Shown: piece after piece, positions 18,405 through 28,125 of the stretch
Layout: the number at the start of each line of letters is the position of its first letter
How positions within the stretch are numbered: the stretch's first letter is position 1
Origin: an uncultured virus (IMG/VR IMGVR_UViG_3300042731_008559)
Lineage: Duplodnaviria > Heunggongvirae > Uroviricota > Caudoviricetes
Strand: one strand, 5' to 3'
DNA: 64,000 nucleotides
IMG/VR virus record: IMGVR_UViG_3300042731_008559
Notes under the pieces: model-generated
Seen by the model: the letters and a program-made list of their open reading frames with translations, nothing else
Databases searched by the model: none
What the model was told of the DNA's origin: nothing
Translations under genes and position numbers: made by a program

Positions 18405-19239
18405 AGAAGAGAAAAAAGAGGAAGAGGTCGAGGAGGAGAAATTCGTCTCCTCGATTGATGTTGTCGTGCCGATTAGCAATGTTATTGAGCGCTTGCCCTA
18501 CCTGAGGCACTGCCTTCGATCTATTGATGCTCAGGACTACCCAAAGGACCACTACGAGGTCATCGTTGCGTGCATTATGGAAGAGGGAGAGAGCCGCGGG
18601 GCCATTCGTGATCTTGGAGCGCTCTGCGCCGAGTTTCACGCGACAGTCGTCTTTAAGCCAGAGACGGATCCGGCATTTAGTCTCGCCAGGGCCTACAATA
18701 TCGGCGTTCGACATGGTTCGAGAGAGGCCGTCGCCTGCCTCAACTGCGATGTTTACTTCCACCCGAAACTCTTTTCCTTTGCAGCGCAGGTGCTGAACAA
18801 AGGAAAGATGGCAGTAGTCCCCGTGGCTCGAAGTGATGGAGAACCGGGCATCGGGATGTTCGACGAGGATATCCCGAGGATGGCTCAGAACGAAGAGGAG
18901 TGGGGCTTCTTCGCGGACAGGCTAGACTGTCGGCGTGACGGCATGGGGAACGCCTTCTATCCGCGCTCCTTTTTCGAGAAGGCTCACGGCTTTGACGAGC
19001 GGCTCTACGGCTGGGGTGCCGAAGACTACGACCTCGCCACACGGGCTGAGAGGGCCATCGGGCAGGTACATCTCCTCGACCTCGGGTGCCCCAAGGGTAT
19101 CCACATCATGCACCCTGCGAGTCCTACTCGGGAGAGTGAGATGACGGAGAGAAATCGAAAGATCGTCTTCTCATCGCAGAGCCTGGTGCGGAACCCTGAG
19201 TCCTGGGGTGACGTTCTTGTGCCTGACGATGATTTCTGA
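18397..19239 (+). CDS. GT-A glycosyltransferase (GT2 with GT7-like C-terminus)
   Basis: VVVP, QDYP, YNIG and GFDERLYGWGAEDYD. Confidence 0.85.
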   Translation: MSEEEKKEEEVEEEKFVSSIDVVVPISNVIERLPYLRHCLRSIDAQDYPKDHYEVIVACIMEEGESRGAIRDLGALCAEFHATVVFKPETDPAFSLARAYNIGVRHGSREAVACLNCDVYFHPKLFSFAAQVLNKGKMAVVPVARSDGEPGIGMFDEDIPRMAQNEEEWGFFADRLDCRRDGMGNAFYPRSFFEKAHGFDERLYGWGAEDYDLATRAERAIGQVHLLDLGCPKGIHIMHPASPTRESEMTERNRKIVFSSQSLVRNPESWGDVLVPDDDF

Positions 19240-19291
19240 CCGGGCTGTCAATATCGTCCTGTAAGATGGGGAAATCCAGGGAGAGTCACTC

Positions 19292-20278
19292 GTGCATCTT
19301 GGTCCGATACAGCTCATCGCCTACATCACAGGGCGATGCAATCTAAAATGCGAATTTTGTCGTCGACAGCGCGGGGAACTGAAAACGGCGATACCTGAGG
19401 TGACGCCAGCTATCCTGAAAAGGGCCTTCGACATGTTCCCCTCGATTACGGGTGTGTCAGTAGCAGGCTTCGGAGAACCGCTGTTGGCGTCCTGCTTCTC
19501 GGATTCGGTCAACTACTGTTTCGAGCGAGGAAAAAACGTTGTTCTGAGCACCAATGGTCTTGCCTGGAAAAAGCACATAGACGATGTTCCGTGGGCTCGA
19601 TTGCTTCAGGTGTCGCTTTCGGTCAACGAGATCGACCGTGAGCTTTACCAGGAGACTACTGGGGTCGACGGGCTACCTCGTGTCATCCAGGCGGCGAAGT
19701 TCTACAAGGAGCAAGGCGCCAAGCTTGGAATGACCTTTGTCGTCGGTAAGCACAACTGGAGCCGCATGAAGCAGTACATGCATTTCGCCAAGCGCCTGGA
19801 GGCCGACTTCATCGCCTTCTTCAACACGCTCCCCCATCATGACGGCGAAGAGAAAGCGGAATGGTTCCGTTCGAGAGTCCTGACGACGAATGATACAGAG
19901 TATTTGCGAGCGGAAGAGGATATTAGGAAGGTGGCTCCTCGCATTGGTCTGACGGTTCATACTTGGCCCACGCTGGTGAGGTCTCCAGATACATGTGAAA
20001 TCGGATGTTCGAGTCCTTTTAATATGTTGGGAGTCGATGGGCTTGGCAACATCACAGGATGTTGCCGGATACTGCCTCCAAGGGCCGAGTACGGAAACCT
20101 CGATGACGGTCCTGGCCTGTGGACTGAGTCGGAGCACCTGAAGTGGCTCCGAGGGATGATTCAGGGCGAAAGCGAGTTGCAGTTCCCCTGTACTGACTGT
20201 TTCGGTGCCTACTACCCGAGGGCTGACTGGTTTATGAGGGCAACGCGATGTGTGTATGGGGATCAATTACCACGCTGA
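19292..20278 (+). CDS. Radical SAM protein with SPASM/twitch domain
   Basis: CNLKCEFC, GFGEP, STNG; C-terminal CSSPF..GNITGCC..GNL..W..CTDC. Confidence 0.92.
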   Translation: MHLGPIQLIAYITGRCNLKCEFCRRQRGELKTAIPEVTPAILKRAFDMFPSITGVSVAGFGEPLLASCFSDSVNYCFERGKNVVLSTNGLAWKKHIDDVPWARLLQVSLSVNEIDRELYQETTGVDGLPRVIQAAKFYKEQGAKLGMTFVVGKHNWSRMKQYMHFAKRLEADFIAFFNTLPHHDGEEKAEWFRSRVLTTNDTEYLRAEEDIRKVAPRIGLTVHTWPTLVRSPDTCEIGCSSPFNMLGVDGLGNITGCCRILPPRAEYGNLDDGPGLWTESEHLKWLRGMIQGESELQFPCTDCFGAYYPRADWFMRATRCVYGDQLPR

Positions 20279-21108
20279 TTATGCATCACCCCCTGAGGCC
20301 GATAAGGTGCCTGCTTGGGGCTCTTCAATCGCTCGAAGAGTCGACGACCATGGATCTGCGAGTCGAAGTTGTCGTTCAGGGAGCAGGCAACGGTGGGCGC
20401 CTGCCCGACCTTCCTGATCGGTCGGAATTTTCTTATGAGCTTCGGTACTTGATACGATCGGAAAACGTTGGAAATTCACTGCCCTGCTTCGAGTCATCCT
20501 CAAGATGTAAGACGGATCTTTGGTCTAAGCTTGACGACGACACGGTTATTCCGACGATGGGTTGGGATCGGCTGCGGGCTTGCCTGATGTTGGAGCGGGA
20601 GCTTGGTGATTTCAGGGTTGGAGCTGCTGGCTTTGGTCACTGGGACAGCGTTCCGAGACTCATGAAGGTGTCCAAGGGGCACCTCTATCGGGTTCCGGGG
20701 CATCACGTTGAACGTGATCTCGAAAAGACGAGGTACGCCATTTGTGACATCTGTGGCAATGGCGCCGTTATCTATCTTCCAGAGGTTTTTCGAAGCGGCT
20801 GCAACTTTGATCCGCAGCACTTTGTCGCGAGTGAGCACATCGACCTGGCTTTGCAGATGCTGAAGCAGGGCTATCTTGCGATTCATATCACTGATCCGCT
20901 GGCGCCTCATCAGAAAAAACGTTGTAGCCCTCCTGAGTATGAAGCTGTGAGACTCGGCGACCAGCAAAAAAGGGAAGCATGGCAGAAGCTGGTTGATAAA
21001 TGGGGCCTGAACGATGTCGGTCTTTACAAGAACGTTTTCGGCAAGTTCCCCGATGGCACAGAAGAGGTCTTTCGGGCCGGTGGCCCCGAGGTGAGTGAGG
21101 AGTTTTGA
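20248..21108 (+). CDS. GT-A-like glycosyltransferase
   Basis: ENVG, KLDDD, DPQHFVASEHID; paralogous to the N-domain of 21112. Confidence 0.75.
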   Translation: MCVWGSITTLIMHHPLRPIRCLLGALQSLEESTTMDLRVEVVVQGAGNGGRLPDLPDRSEFSYELRYLIRSENVGNSLPCFESSSRCKTDLWSKLDDDTVIPTMGWDRLRACLMLERELGDFRVGAAGFGHWDSVPRLMKVSKGHLYRVPGHHVERDLEKTRYAICDICGNGAVIYLPEVFRSGCNFDPQHFVASEHIDLALQMLKQGYLAIHITDPLAPHQKKRCSPPEYEAVRLGDQQKREAWQKLVDKWGLNDVGLYKNVFGKFPDGTEEVFRAGGPEVSEEF

Positions 21109-21111
21109 GCA

Positions 21112-22770
21112 ATGGCACAGCCTTTCTTGACGACAATCGTTCTCTACCATCCGAGACGGCCGCTAAACTGCCTGCTCAATACCCTCGGCGCCCTGGAGTT
21201 TGCAACCAAGAAGCCTCACCGTGTCGAGCTGGTTGTCCAGGGTCCCCTTCAAAAAGGTATTTCTCTTCCAAGGGCGAGCGAGTTCAAGTTCGAGCTGGTC
21301 GTTGATCATAAAGAGAAGAACGTTGGTCTGTCTTTGCCGCTTCACGAGAGCATCGAGCGTCTTGAGAGTCCGTGGTGGGCCAAGGTCGATGACGACATCA
21401 CGATCCCCAAGTGGGGATGGGACTTGCTCATCAGGGCAATCGAGGCTGAGCGGAAGAGAGGAGAGTTCGATGTAGGTGCTGGGTTTATCTCTCCTGGTGA
21501 TATTCCGTCCAGATTGTTTCGTAAAGAAAATGGCCAATTGGTTTTTTATAACGGAACTCACGCAACACGGAAGCTTAGCGGTTTTGCCAACTACGAAATC
21601 TGCGATTATTCTGGCATGGGTGTGACTGTTATTCCTGTAGAAACATTCAAAAGGGGCATCTGCCCAGACCCACGATATTTTGTTTCTGGAGAGAATATTG
21701 ACTTCGCATATCAGATGTGGATGGCGGGTGTTCAGTACGCTCATATGATGAACCCCACATGTGTACATCACAAGCATATTTGTACAAATGCTGAGTACAA
21801 CCAAGACCGGTGGTCATCGGAGATGATTTGGCGCTCATGTCAGATCTTTTACAACAAGTGGCACCTGAAAAACGCGCCCCTGTGGAACGCCTGTGGACAC
21901 AACCTCGAAGAAGAGGTGCCTGAGATCGATTGCGTAGAGGGGGACGAGACCCAGAGCTTCAAGGATAACCTCAAACCCGTAGACAGCTTTGGTGAATGCG
22001 TCGAGGGGCCGCGGATCATCGGAATCATCGGTAGAAGCTTTTGCGGGAGCACTTTACTCAGCCGTCTGATGGCGGCTATCGACGGTGTCGGCGCAGCGGG
22101 AGAGCTGCACTGGGTCCATGATGCACCGCTCATTGGTGACGTGAAGACGAAAGCTGGATGGCCCGTCACTCGTAGGTGCGTAAAATGCGGAGAGAAGTGC
22201 CGTGTTTTCAGCGAGAGCTTCATCGCCAGCCCCCCGAAAAAGAAGGATCTCTACCGTGAGGTTGCGGAGAGGATGGGGGTGGACACTCTTGTTGTCTCTG
22301 ACAAGCTGACGGGTCATTACAGCCAGTGCTGCGCCAGAAACAATGTTGATGGCATTGTTTTGTTCAAGCGGCCGGAGGCGGCAGCTCTCAGCGACATGAG
22401 AAACGAAGGTCAGACGGTCGAGCAGGCCGTCGCCGGCTATGCTGGAATGTACGACGGTATGCTTCGTTGGGCGCCTCAGTACTGTCGTCGGCTTCTCTTT
22501 GTTAACTACGAAGAGTTGGCTGAAGATCCCTGGGGAATGACAGAAAAAGTTCGCAAGGCTCTTGGAATCCCTGGTGAGCTGCCGGAGGAGAAGGACTACG
22601 CAGCGGTCGAGTATCATGCGGTCGGTGGAAATCCCAAGGCGCACAAGAGAGAAGATATCTCCGTAGACGATCGCTGGAAAACTGAGCTAAGTGCGAGGGA
22701 AAGGGGGTTCATTGCTAACAGCCGCGCTAATGCGATCTTCAAAAAGCTCATGCAAAAGAGAACCCGTTAA
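21112..22770 (+). CDS. GT-A-like domain fused to a PAPS-dependent sulfotransferase domain
   Basis: N-domain KNVG, KVDDD, DPRYF..ENID; C-domain GRSFCGSTLL (5'-PSB-like), KRPEA...S and VNYEELAEDP. Confidence 0.8.
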   Translation: MAQPFLTTIVLYHPRRPLNCLLNTLGALEFATKKPHRVELVVQGPLQKGISLPRASEFKFELVVDHKEKNVGLSLPLHESIERLESPWWAKVDDDITIPKWGWDLLIRAIEAERKRGEFDVGAGFISPGDIPSRLFRKENGQLVFYNGTHATRKLSGFANYEICDYSGMGVTVIPVETFKRGICPDPRYFVSGENIDFAYQMWMAGVQYAHMMNPTCVHHKHICTNAEYNQDRWSSEMIWRSCQIFYNKWHLKNAPLWNACGHNLEEEVPEIDCVEGDETQSFKDNLKPVDSFGECVEGPRIIGIIGRSFCGSTLLSRLMAAIDGVGAAGELHWVHDAPLIGDVKTKAGWPVTRRCVKCGEKCRVFSESFIASPPKKKDLYREVAERMGVDTLVVSDKLTGHYSQCCARNNVDGIVLFKRPEAAALSDMRNEGQTVEQAVAGYAGMYDGMLRWAPQYCRRLLFVNYEELAEDPWGMTEKVRKALGIPGELPEEKDYAAVEYHAVGGNPKAHKREDISVDDRWKTELSARERGFIANSRANAIFKKLMQKRTR

Positions 22771-22771
22771 G

Positions 22772-23572
22772 ATGCGGCGAAAGAAAACGTCCTCTTCAGG
22801 GGTGAGCATTGTTATACCTGTTTCTTCGACCAAATACATTGACTACCTTGCTAATTGCTTTGCTGCGCTTGAGGCCCAGAAGGGCTGCAAAGATCGCATA
22901 GAAGTTATTGTATCTATCTCTTACTGCAAGGAGTCATCGGAGTATCCTGTCCAGGTCGATCCTTTTGTTAGCTTGGCGTATCAGTACGATCACGTGTTTG
23001 GGTTCTCTCTGGTTATGGTTGAGCATGACCTCCCGGAGTTTCCGGTAGCTCTGGCTCGCAACGCAGGCGCTAGGCGAGCGCAGCGACGGATCGTCGGTTT
23101 CGTGGATGCTGATATCGTCCTTCATCCTGGCACCCTCCGTGCGGTGCGAAAGATAATTGGGGACGAGGAGAAGGCGGCGTACTCACCAGTCCACAGGATG
23201 AGGCAGGGGCCTCAGAGCCCAATCTACGAGCAGTTCGAGGTGTCCGACTTCGTTGAGAACCGAAAAAATGGCTCCATCGACGCTGCTGCGAAGGGTGGAT
23301 GTTTTTTTATCGAGAGGGACCTGCTCTTCGAGATGCGTGGTTACGACGAGCGTCTGTGGGGGTGGGGCTTCGAGGACGACGATATGGTCAGGCGCTTGCA
23401 TATGAACAAGACGCCTCCGGTCAACCTCGGCGACAAGGGCCTTGCCCCGATGCACCAGTTCCACAGGCACAGGGGGAACTACAAGCGGCGCTGGTACAAG
23501 AACAAGGAGATCGCACTGAACTCCGACAGCATGGTTCGCAACAAAGGAAGCTGGGGTGGGCTACTGGATTGA
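22772..23572 (+). CDS. GT-A glycosyltransferase (GT2 with GT7-like C-terminus)
   Basis: VSIVIP, ARNAGA, FVDAD and GYDERLWGWGFEDDD. Confidence 0.88.
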   Translation: MRRKKTSSSGVSIVIPVSSTKYIDYLANCFAALEAQKGCKDRIEVIVSISYCKESSEYPVQVDPFVSLAYQYDHVFGFSLVMVEHDLPEFPVALARNAGARRAQRRIVGFVDADIVLHPGTLRAVRKIIGDEEKAAYSPVHRMRQGPQSPIYEQFEVSDFVENRKNGSIDAAAKGGCFFIERDLLFEMRGYDERLWGWGFEDDDMVRRLHMNKTPPVNLGDKGLAPMHQFHRHRGNYKRRWYKNKEIALNSDSMVRNKGSWGGLLD

Positions 23573-23598
23573 CCTACATCCTGAGGACGTGCTAGCTT
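23569..23598 (+). promoter_or_regulatory. Putative promoter with a CATCCTGAGGACG box in the spacer
   Basis: TTGACC 23569-23574, box 23577-23589, TG-C-TAGCTT 23590-23598. Confidence 0.5.
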
Positions 23599-23604
23599 GA
23601 ACCC

Positions 23605-23955
23605 ATGTATTCTCTCGCTCCTCTCGGCAGTGAAGCACTGCAACAGCCGACCGAGAGTGGCGGTTTACTTTCGTTGTCTCAGCAGGACTGGGACATCATC
23701 AAGCTCCTGGTGAAAATCGGTGTCGTAGGAACGATTGTTAGCCTGCCAATCGGGCTGTGGGCTATCAAGAAGTGGCCAGAAAGGCCAATAATTCCGGCGA
23801 TTATTCTGACGGCCGTCGGGCTCGCCATCAAAGAGATGATGCTTTCGCATGGCGAGGAGGAGGAGCCGACCGGGACAGAGCTTTACGAGGCTCCGCAGCT
23901 TGCTGGCTACTCTCGGGTGCCTGTCTACGTGCCCTATCGAGCCGCTGCGAACTGA
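23605..23955 (+). CDS. Small two-TM membrane protein
   Basis: MYSLAPLG start; two hydrophobic segments separated by KKWPE. Confidence 0.75.
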   Translation: MYSLAPLGSEALQQPTESGGLLSLSQQDWDIIKLLVKIGVVGTIVSLPIGLWAIKKWPERPIIPAIILTAVGLAIKEMMLSHGEEEEPTGTELYEAPQLAGYSRVPVYVPYRAAAN

Positions 23956-23971
23956 GCTGCCAAGGTTCGTT

Positions 23972-24015
23972 CATCCTCAAGACGCTTGCTTTAACATTTA
24001 AAGGCGTGATATGTT
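23972..24015 (+). promoter_or_regulatory. CATCCTCAAGACG box followed by a putative promoter
   Basis: Box 23972-23984; TTGCTT 23986-23991, TG-A-TATGTT 24007-24015; AT-rich intergenic region. Confidence 0.4.
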
Positions 24016-24069
24016 CTATCACGCCGGCCCCCTTCTGAGAAATTCAGAGAGAACTCCACCCTCAGGAGG

Positions 24070-25917
24070 ATGGGAATGCCTTACGAGCACTACCCCATGG
24101 CCGGCATGGGCGCTGCATCAACAGTCCAAACGTCGATTTCAAGAACACCTGCTTCAAAATCGGCCTACTACCCAACGTCAATCCCAACCATCGGGAAATC
24201 TGCGCCATCACAGGTTTCGACTGTCTCAGTGGCGCCAACTTCGACGGCGCGCACAGTGGCGCCAACGATGGTTGTGAAATCGACCGCTGGAAAAGCGGCG
24301 CCCACAGTTCCGATGTCCGCTGTGAAGGCTGTCGACGTTGCAACTCTTCGAATGTACCTGCGAAAGCGGTATCCGATATCTGTCTTTAACTCTATCAACT
24401 GGCATGCGACACCGATTCGGGTTCCTGCTGCAAACTATCGCAACTACCTCAACGCAAAGGCCAGAGTCCTCAGGACGCTGAAGGATTCGATCACGATCAC
24501 CGATATCGCGAAGAAGATTCAGCAGCAAGAAGCTGTGTCTCTTGCGGTCGCCCAACAACGTGCGCTCGGCAAGGTCGAGCTGTTCAAAAGCTGGTGTGAG
24601 GGGTGTGATAAGGACTTCTGGGCTGCGCTTCACACCTTTGCATCTTCGGCGAGCACTGTGTATCCGAATCATATCCCGGCTCTAACCTTCCAATACTGGG
24701 ATATCCGCCAGGATGCTCGGAACGGAAATGGGGGGAGAAGCGCCCCCGCGCCTGTAGGTTCGATTGGTCTCGGCGCTATCGAAGTCGGCGCAGTGCAGCG
24801 GCACGCTGAGCAGCGAAGAGACGCGGAGAAGCGACGGAGCCAGGAGGTGCGCGATCTGAGGGCTAGGCATGACGCCGAAAGAAAGGCCCTGGAGACGGCG
24901 ACCCCTGAAGTACGTGCAGAGGCTCGTGCTCGTCGCGAGCGAGAACGCACGGATATGTTCGCTCGACACGAGGCCGAGCGAAAGGCAGAGGACGCGATCC
25001 GGAAAACAGACGTCGAAACGGCTGGTGGGTCCAAGCGCTCAACGGCGGTCGGGGTGGTCGCCCCCATCTACGACGTCGCCGCCGAGAAAAACGTTGTTTC
25101 GTGCCCTGTCGGTACGGCTCGCATGGAGATCTTCGGTTACATCGAGCCGACGACCCCTTCAACGGCAGAAGAGGTCGCTCAAGATGCGACCACAGGTACA
25201 AGGCTACTGGTGCGGGGGGAGGAAGTGCACCGCAGAATCATGGAGGGCGAAAGGGAGCCAGAGGATCCTATCTACGACGTTGCGAAAGACCCAGAAAAAG
25301 CCGAGGAGGCCGTCCTTCAAGCGTCCCAAAAAGAAGAGGAAGTCGAGGATATCAAAGAAAAACTCGACTCGAAGAAGGACGAGCTTGACGCCAAGAAAGA
25401 CGAGGTTGCGGCCGGAACCGCAAGCCCTGAGGACTTGGAACGTTTGAAAAAAGAAGTCGATGAGCTGACGGCCGCGCTCGCCGCCGCTCAGAAGGAACAC
25501 CTCGAAGCAGCTCGCGTCGCTGCGGAAAAGAACCAGGAGCAGATTTACCGTATGGAGGAGGAAATCAATCGCCTTCGCCGTCTGCTCGCCGCTGGTGCTG
25601 TTCCACAGGGTCAGGTGTCACAGGTTCAAGAGACCATTCAGGACATGGAGCAGGATGTCGCCATAGCTGCTGAGGATGTTCTGGATGCTGAAACGGAAGC
25701 GAACGAAATACTGCAAGATATCAACCTCACCACCCAGGAGGCTGCGGCTACTGCCCAGGAGGTCGGCCCAGAGAGAACCTGGTGTCAGCAAAACTGGTGG
25801 TGGCTACTCCTTCTCGCGCTCGGGGTAGCAGGCGGTGGCTACTGGTACTACCGCCGTCGTCAACAGGAACTTCCGTCTTCGCCGTCTGGTCTTGAAGCCA
25901 ACATGGAAGACTACTGA
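24070..25917 (+). CDS. Large tail-anchored protein: YEHY..MAGMG leader, S/T/P-rich region, coiled coil, C-terminal TM
   Basis: SD CAGGAGG; MPYEHYPMAGMG; internal IGLG; long E/K/A heptads; WWWLLLLALGVAGGGYWYY followed by RRR. Confidence 0.85.
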   Translation: MGMPYEHYPMAGMGAASTVQTSISRTPASKSAYYPTSIPTIGKSAPSQVSTVSVAPTSTARTVAPTMVVKSTAGKAAPTVPMSAVKAVDVATLRMYLRKRYPISVFNSINWHATPIRVPAANYRNYLNAKARVLRTLKDSITITDIAKKIQQQEAVSLAVAQQRALGKVELFKSWCEGCDKDFWAALHTFASSASTVYPNHIPALTFQYWDIRQDARNGNGGRSAPAPVGSIGLGAIEVGAVQRHAEQRRDAEKRRSQEVRDLRARHDAERKALETATPEVRAEARARRERERTDMFARHEAERKAEDAIRKTDVETAGGSKRSTAVGVVAPIYDVAAEKNVVSCPVGTARMEIFGYIEPTTPSTAEEVAQDATTGTRLLVRGEEVHRRIMEGEREPEDPIYDVAKDPEKAEEAVLQASQKEEEVEDIKEKLDSKKDELDAKKDEVAAGTASPEDLERLKKEVDELTAALAAAQKEHLEAARVAAEKNQEQIYRMEEEINRLRRLLAAGAVPQGQVSQVQETIQDMEQDVAIAAEDVLDAETEANEILQDINLTTQEAAATAQEVGPERTWCQQNWWWLLLLALGVAGGGYWYYRRRQQELPSSPSGLEANMEDY

Positions 25918-25941
25918 AACCTTGGATGAAAGGCACAAACG

Positions 25942-27309
25942 ATGACTTATGAGTATATGACAGGGCTCGGGCAGATGACGGTAAAGCCACTCGCCGAGGG
26001 CACGATGACAATGCCTTCGAGCAATGGTGGTTCTACATCTGGTTCCAGCTCAAGTGGATCTTTCGCCAAAGGATCCAACCAGTTCACTCTTGCAAGTGCA
26101 TCTGGAATGAGGACGTTGGTCGGCGGCGCTTCGAGCACTGGAAAGACGGAGACAGAGCAGACCGCTGGAATCCAGTTGGTTATTTTCGGGACCATCCTGA
26201 CGCCGACCAATCCTCCCGGAACTGTCCTGACGATGCCCGAGGAGCGCTACAGCCTCAAGATGTGGAACTGCCAGATGTTTGGCAGCTCTTCGGCGGCATG
26301 CCGAAAGGATGAGGACCCCGAGTACACCTACATGGAGGCGGAGCTTCTGGCCGATTTCCGCAACGCCATGCTTTCTCAGGCTCAGCTCGGGCGCGATTTC
26401 TTCAACCCTGTCGCGGCTGCAACGACAACGCTGAAAAAGAGACGTGCGGAGGAGGATCGTAAAAGGTTCTTTTCATGGTGGCGTCGTTGCCACAAGCCCA
26501 CGTGGGCTATGTGGCTGACCACACACACTTTCAACGACAGCATCGTTCCGAGAGATGCCTTCAACTGGTTCGTCAGTCACCACGGCAGCAAGCTGCTTGG
26601 TGGTGGGACATTCGGGAAGAGCACGAGAACGCCGCCCTGTCCCAGCTCATCAACGCTCAATAGCCTGTTCAAAATCAAGGACCAGTGGAAGGCGTCCGAA
26701 ATGGCGGTCGCCCCGCCTGCTCAGGCAGGGCGAGACCCAGATACCCCTGTCGAATACCAGCCGCCAACAGATCCCGCAGAGATCGCCCAGATGACTTGCA
26801 AGCCAGGGGCTACTCTCTCGGTTATCGCTGAAAAGCGCTACGAGGAGCAGATGAGGGCAGAGGGCTGTGGTGTCGTGAAAACGATCGTCAGCGGAGCCCC
26901 AGACAAGAACATCTACTGCTGTCCACCAGACTTCCTGAGGCCATGGGAAACTCCTCCGGGGGTCGATCAGCGCGGGCAGCCTCAGCCGGAAACGGCTCCA
27001 GTCGATGATGCTGAGGGGCATGTTACGGTGACGACTCCGACACCGGAGCTAGATGTCGATCTCTCACCACTCGTGACGAACGGGAATGGGAACGGCGCTC
27101 CTCTCTATACCAATGGCGACCTGTTGGATGAAGAGCCCGGTTTCTTCTCTCGCTACAAGTGGTTCATCGCGATCGGCGCACTCGCGGCAATGGGCGGAGC
27201 CGCCTGGTGGTGGGTGAGACGATCCAGGGCCGAAGAAGAGGTGGCCGAGCTGGCTGAAAACATGATGCTTCCCCCACCAAAATCTCGACGTCACCCGTCG
27301 GGCCTGTAG
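25942..27309 (+). CDS. Tail-anchored YEY-leader protein with a Cys-rich module
   Basis: MTYEYMTGLG; S/G-rich region; EGC..YCCPP; TNGNGNG; TM followed by RRSR. Confidence 0.85.
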   Translation: MTYEYMTGLGQMTVKPLAEGTMTMPSSNGGSTSGSSSSGSFAKGSNQFTLASASGMRTLVGGASSTGKTETEQTAGIQLVIFGTILTPTNPPGTVLTMPEERYSLKMWNCQMFGSSSAACRKDEDPEYTYMEAELLADFRNAMLSQAQLGRDFFNPVAAATTTLKKRRAEEDRKRFFSWWRRCHKPTWAMWLTTHTFNDSIVPRDAFNWFVSHHGSKLLGGGTFGKSTRTPPCPSSSTLNSLFKIKDQWKASEMAVAPPAQAGRDPDTPVEYQPPTDPAEIAQMTCKPGATLSVIAEKRYEEQMRAEGCGVVKTIVSGAPDKNIYCCPPDFLRPWETPPGVDQRGQPQPETAPVDDAEGHVTVTTPTPELDVDLSPLVTNGNGNGAPLYTNGDLLDEEPGFFSRYKWFIAIGALAAMGGAAWWWVRRSRAEEEVAELAENMMLPPPKSRRHPSGL

Positions 27310-27318
27310 GGGGACGGC

Positions 27319-28104
27319 ATGTCTTACGTGTTCATCTCGCCCTACTATAACGTGACTCGTTGTCCGACGGATGGCGAGGATCAGGGCATGGGCGCTGAAT
27401 TCTTCGGCCCAGATCAGCCGTGGAGTCGTGAGAACGCGGGAAAGTGGATCACGTCGGAAACGCGTTCCTGTCCGAGTTCAAACGAGCGCAGCCATCTTCC
27501 GCCAAATTTGGGGCCTCCAAAGTATGCGCACCGGGGCGAAATGGTTCCGGATACAGCCTGCTACAAGACGGGACGTATCCAAGAAGCAAGAGCGCCTGGT
27601 GGCTCTCGTCGAGAAGAATGGTGCTGCCCAAAGCACACCTATGCTCCCAAGCGAACGCTGACGGCTGAAGAGGCTGATCGTTATCTATCGCTGGGGGTTT
27701 GCAACCCCATCACGATGCCGACAACGGGCGAGGAGTACCCGAGTGACCCAGAGTGGCGCGACAAGGATGCCTATATTCCGAACACCTGCCACACGACATC
27801 GGTCTATGACGGCGATTACAGGCTCATCTGCTGTAAGCGGAAAGAGCCTGGAAAAGTCCGTTTCGTAATGCCGGAAAACGGCATTCAGTTCGCGGCGCCC
27901 AGCGCCGAGATGATTGAGCAGCAGGCTCAGGAGCGAGAGGCGCGAATCGCTGAGACAGAGAGGATGCTCGCAGAAACGGCAGAGCCTCAGTACGGGTTCT
28001 TTCAACGATACGGCGTTTTCCTGCTCCTCGGCGTTGGAGCATTGGGAATCGGAATCACAGCCGGGCTCGTCAAGAGGGCCAAGGCGAAGAAGGACGAAGA
28101 ATAA
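27319..28104 (+). CDS. Tail-anchored Cys-rich protein (paralog of 30356)
   Basis: QGMG leader end; WCCP and ICCKR; EPQYGFFQRYG followed by TM and KRAKAKK. Confidence 0.85.
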   Translation: MSYVFISPYYNVTRCPTDGEDQGMGAEFFGPDQPWSRENAGKWITSETRSCPSSNERSHLPPNLGPPKYAHRGEMVPDTACYKTGRIQEARAPGGSRREEWCCPKHTYAPKRTLTAEEADRYLSLGVCNPITMPTTGEEYPSDPEWRDKDAYIPNTCHTTSVYDGDYRLICCKRKEPGKVRFVMPENGIQFAAPSAEMIEQQAQEREARIAETERMLAETAEPQYGFFQRYGVFLLLGVGALGIGITAGLVKRAKAKKDEE

Positions 28105-28125
28105 ACCGGGGATCAGGAGAGAGAT

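Noticed and set aside
19292..20278. Radical SAM/SPASM enzyme as a RiPP maturase for the Cys-rich microproteins
   Set aside because: It sits inside the glycosyltransferase run, has no visible RRE domain and no peptidase-transporter nearby; glycan modification is more parsimonious, though a RiPP role is not excluded
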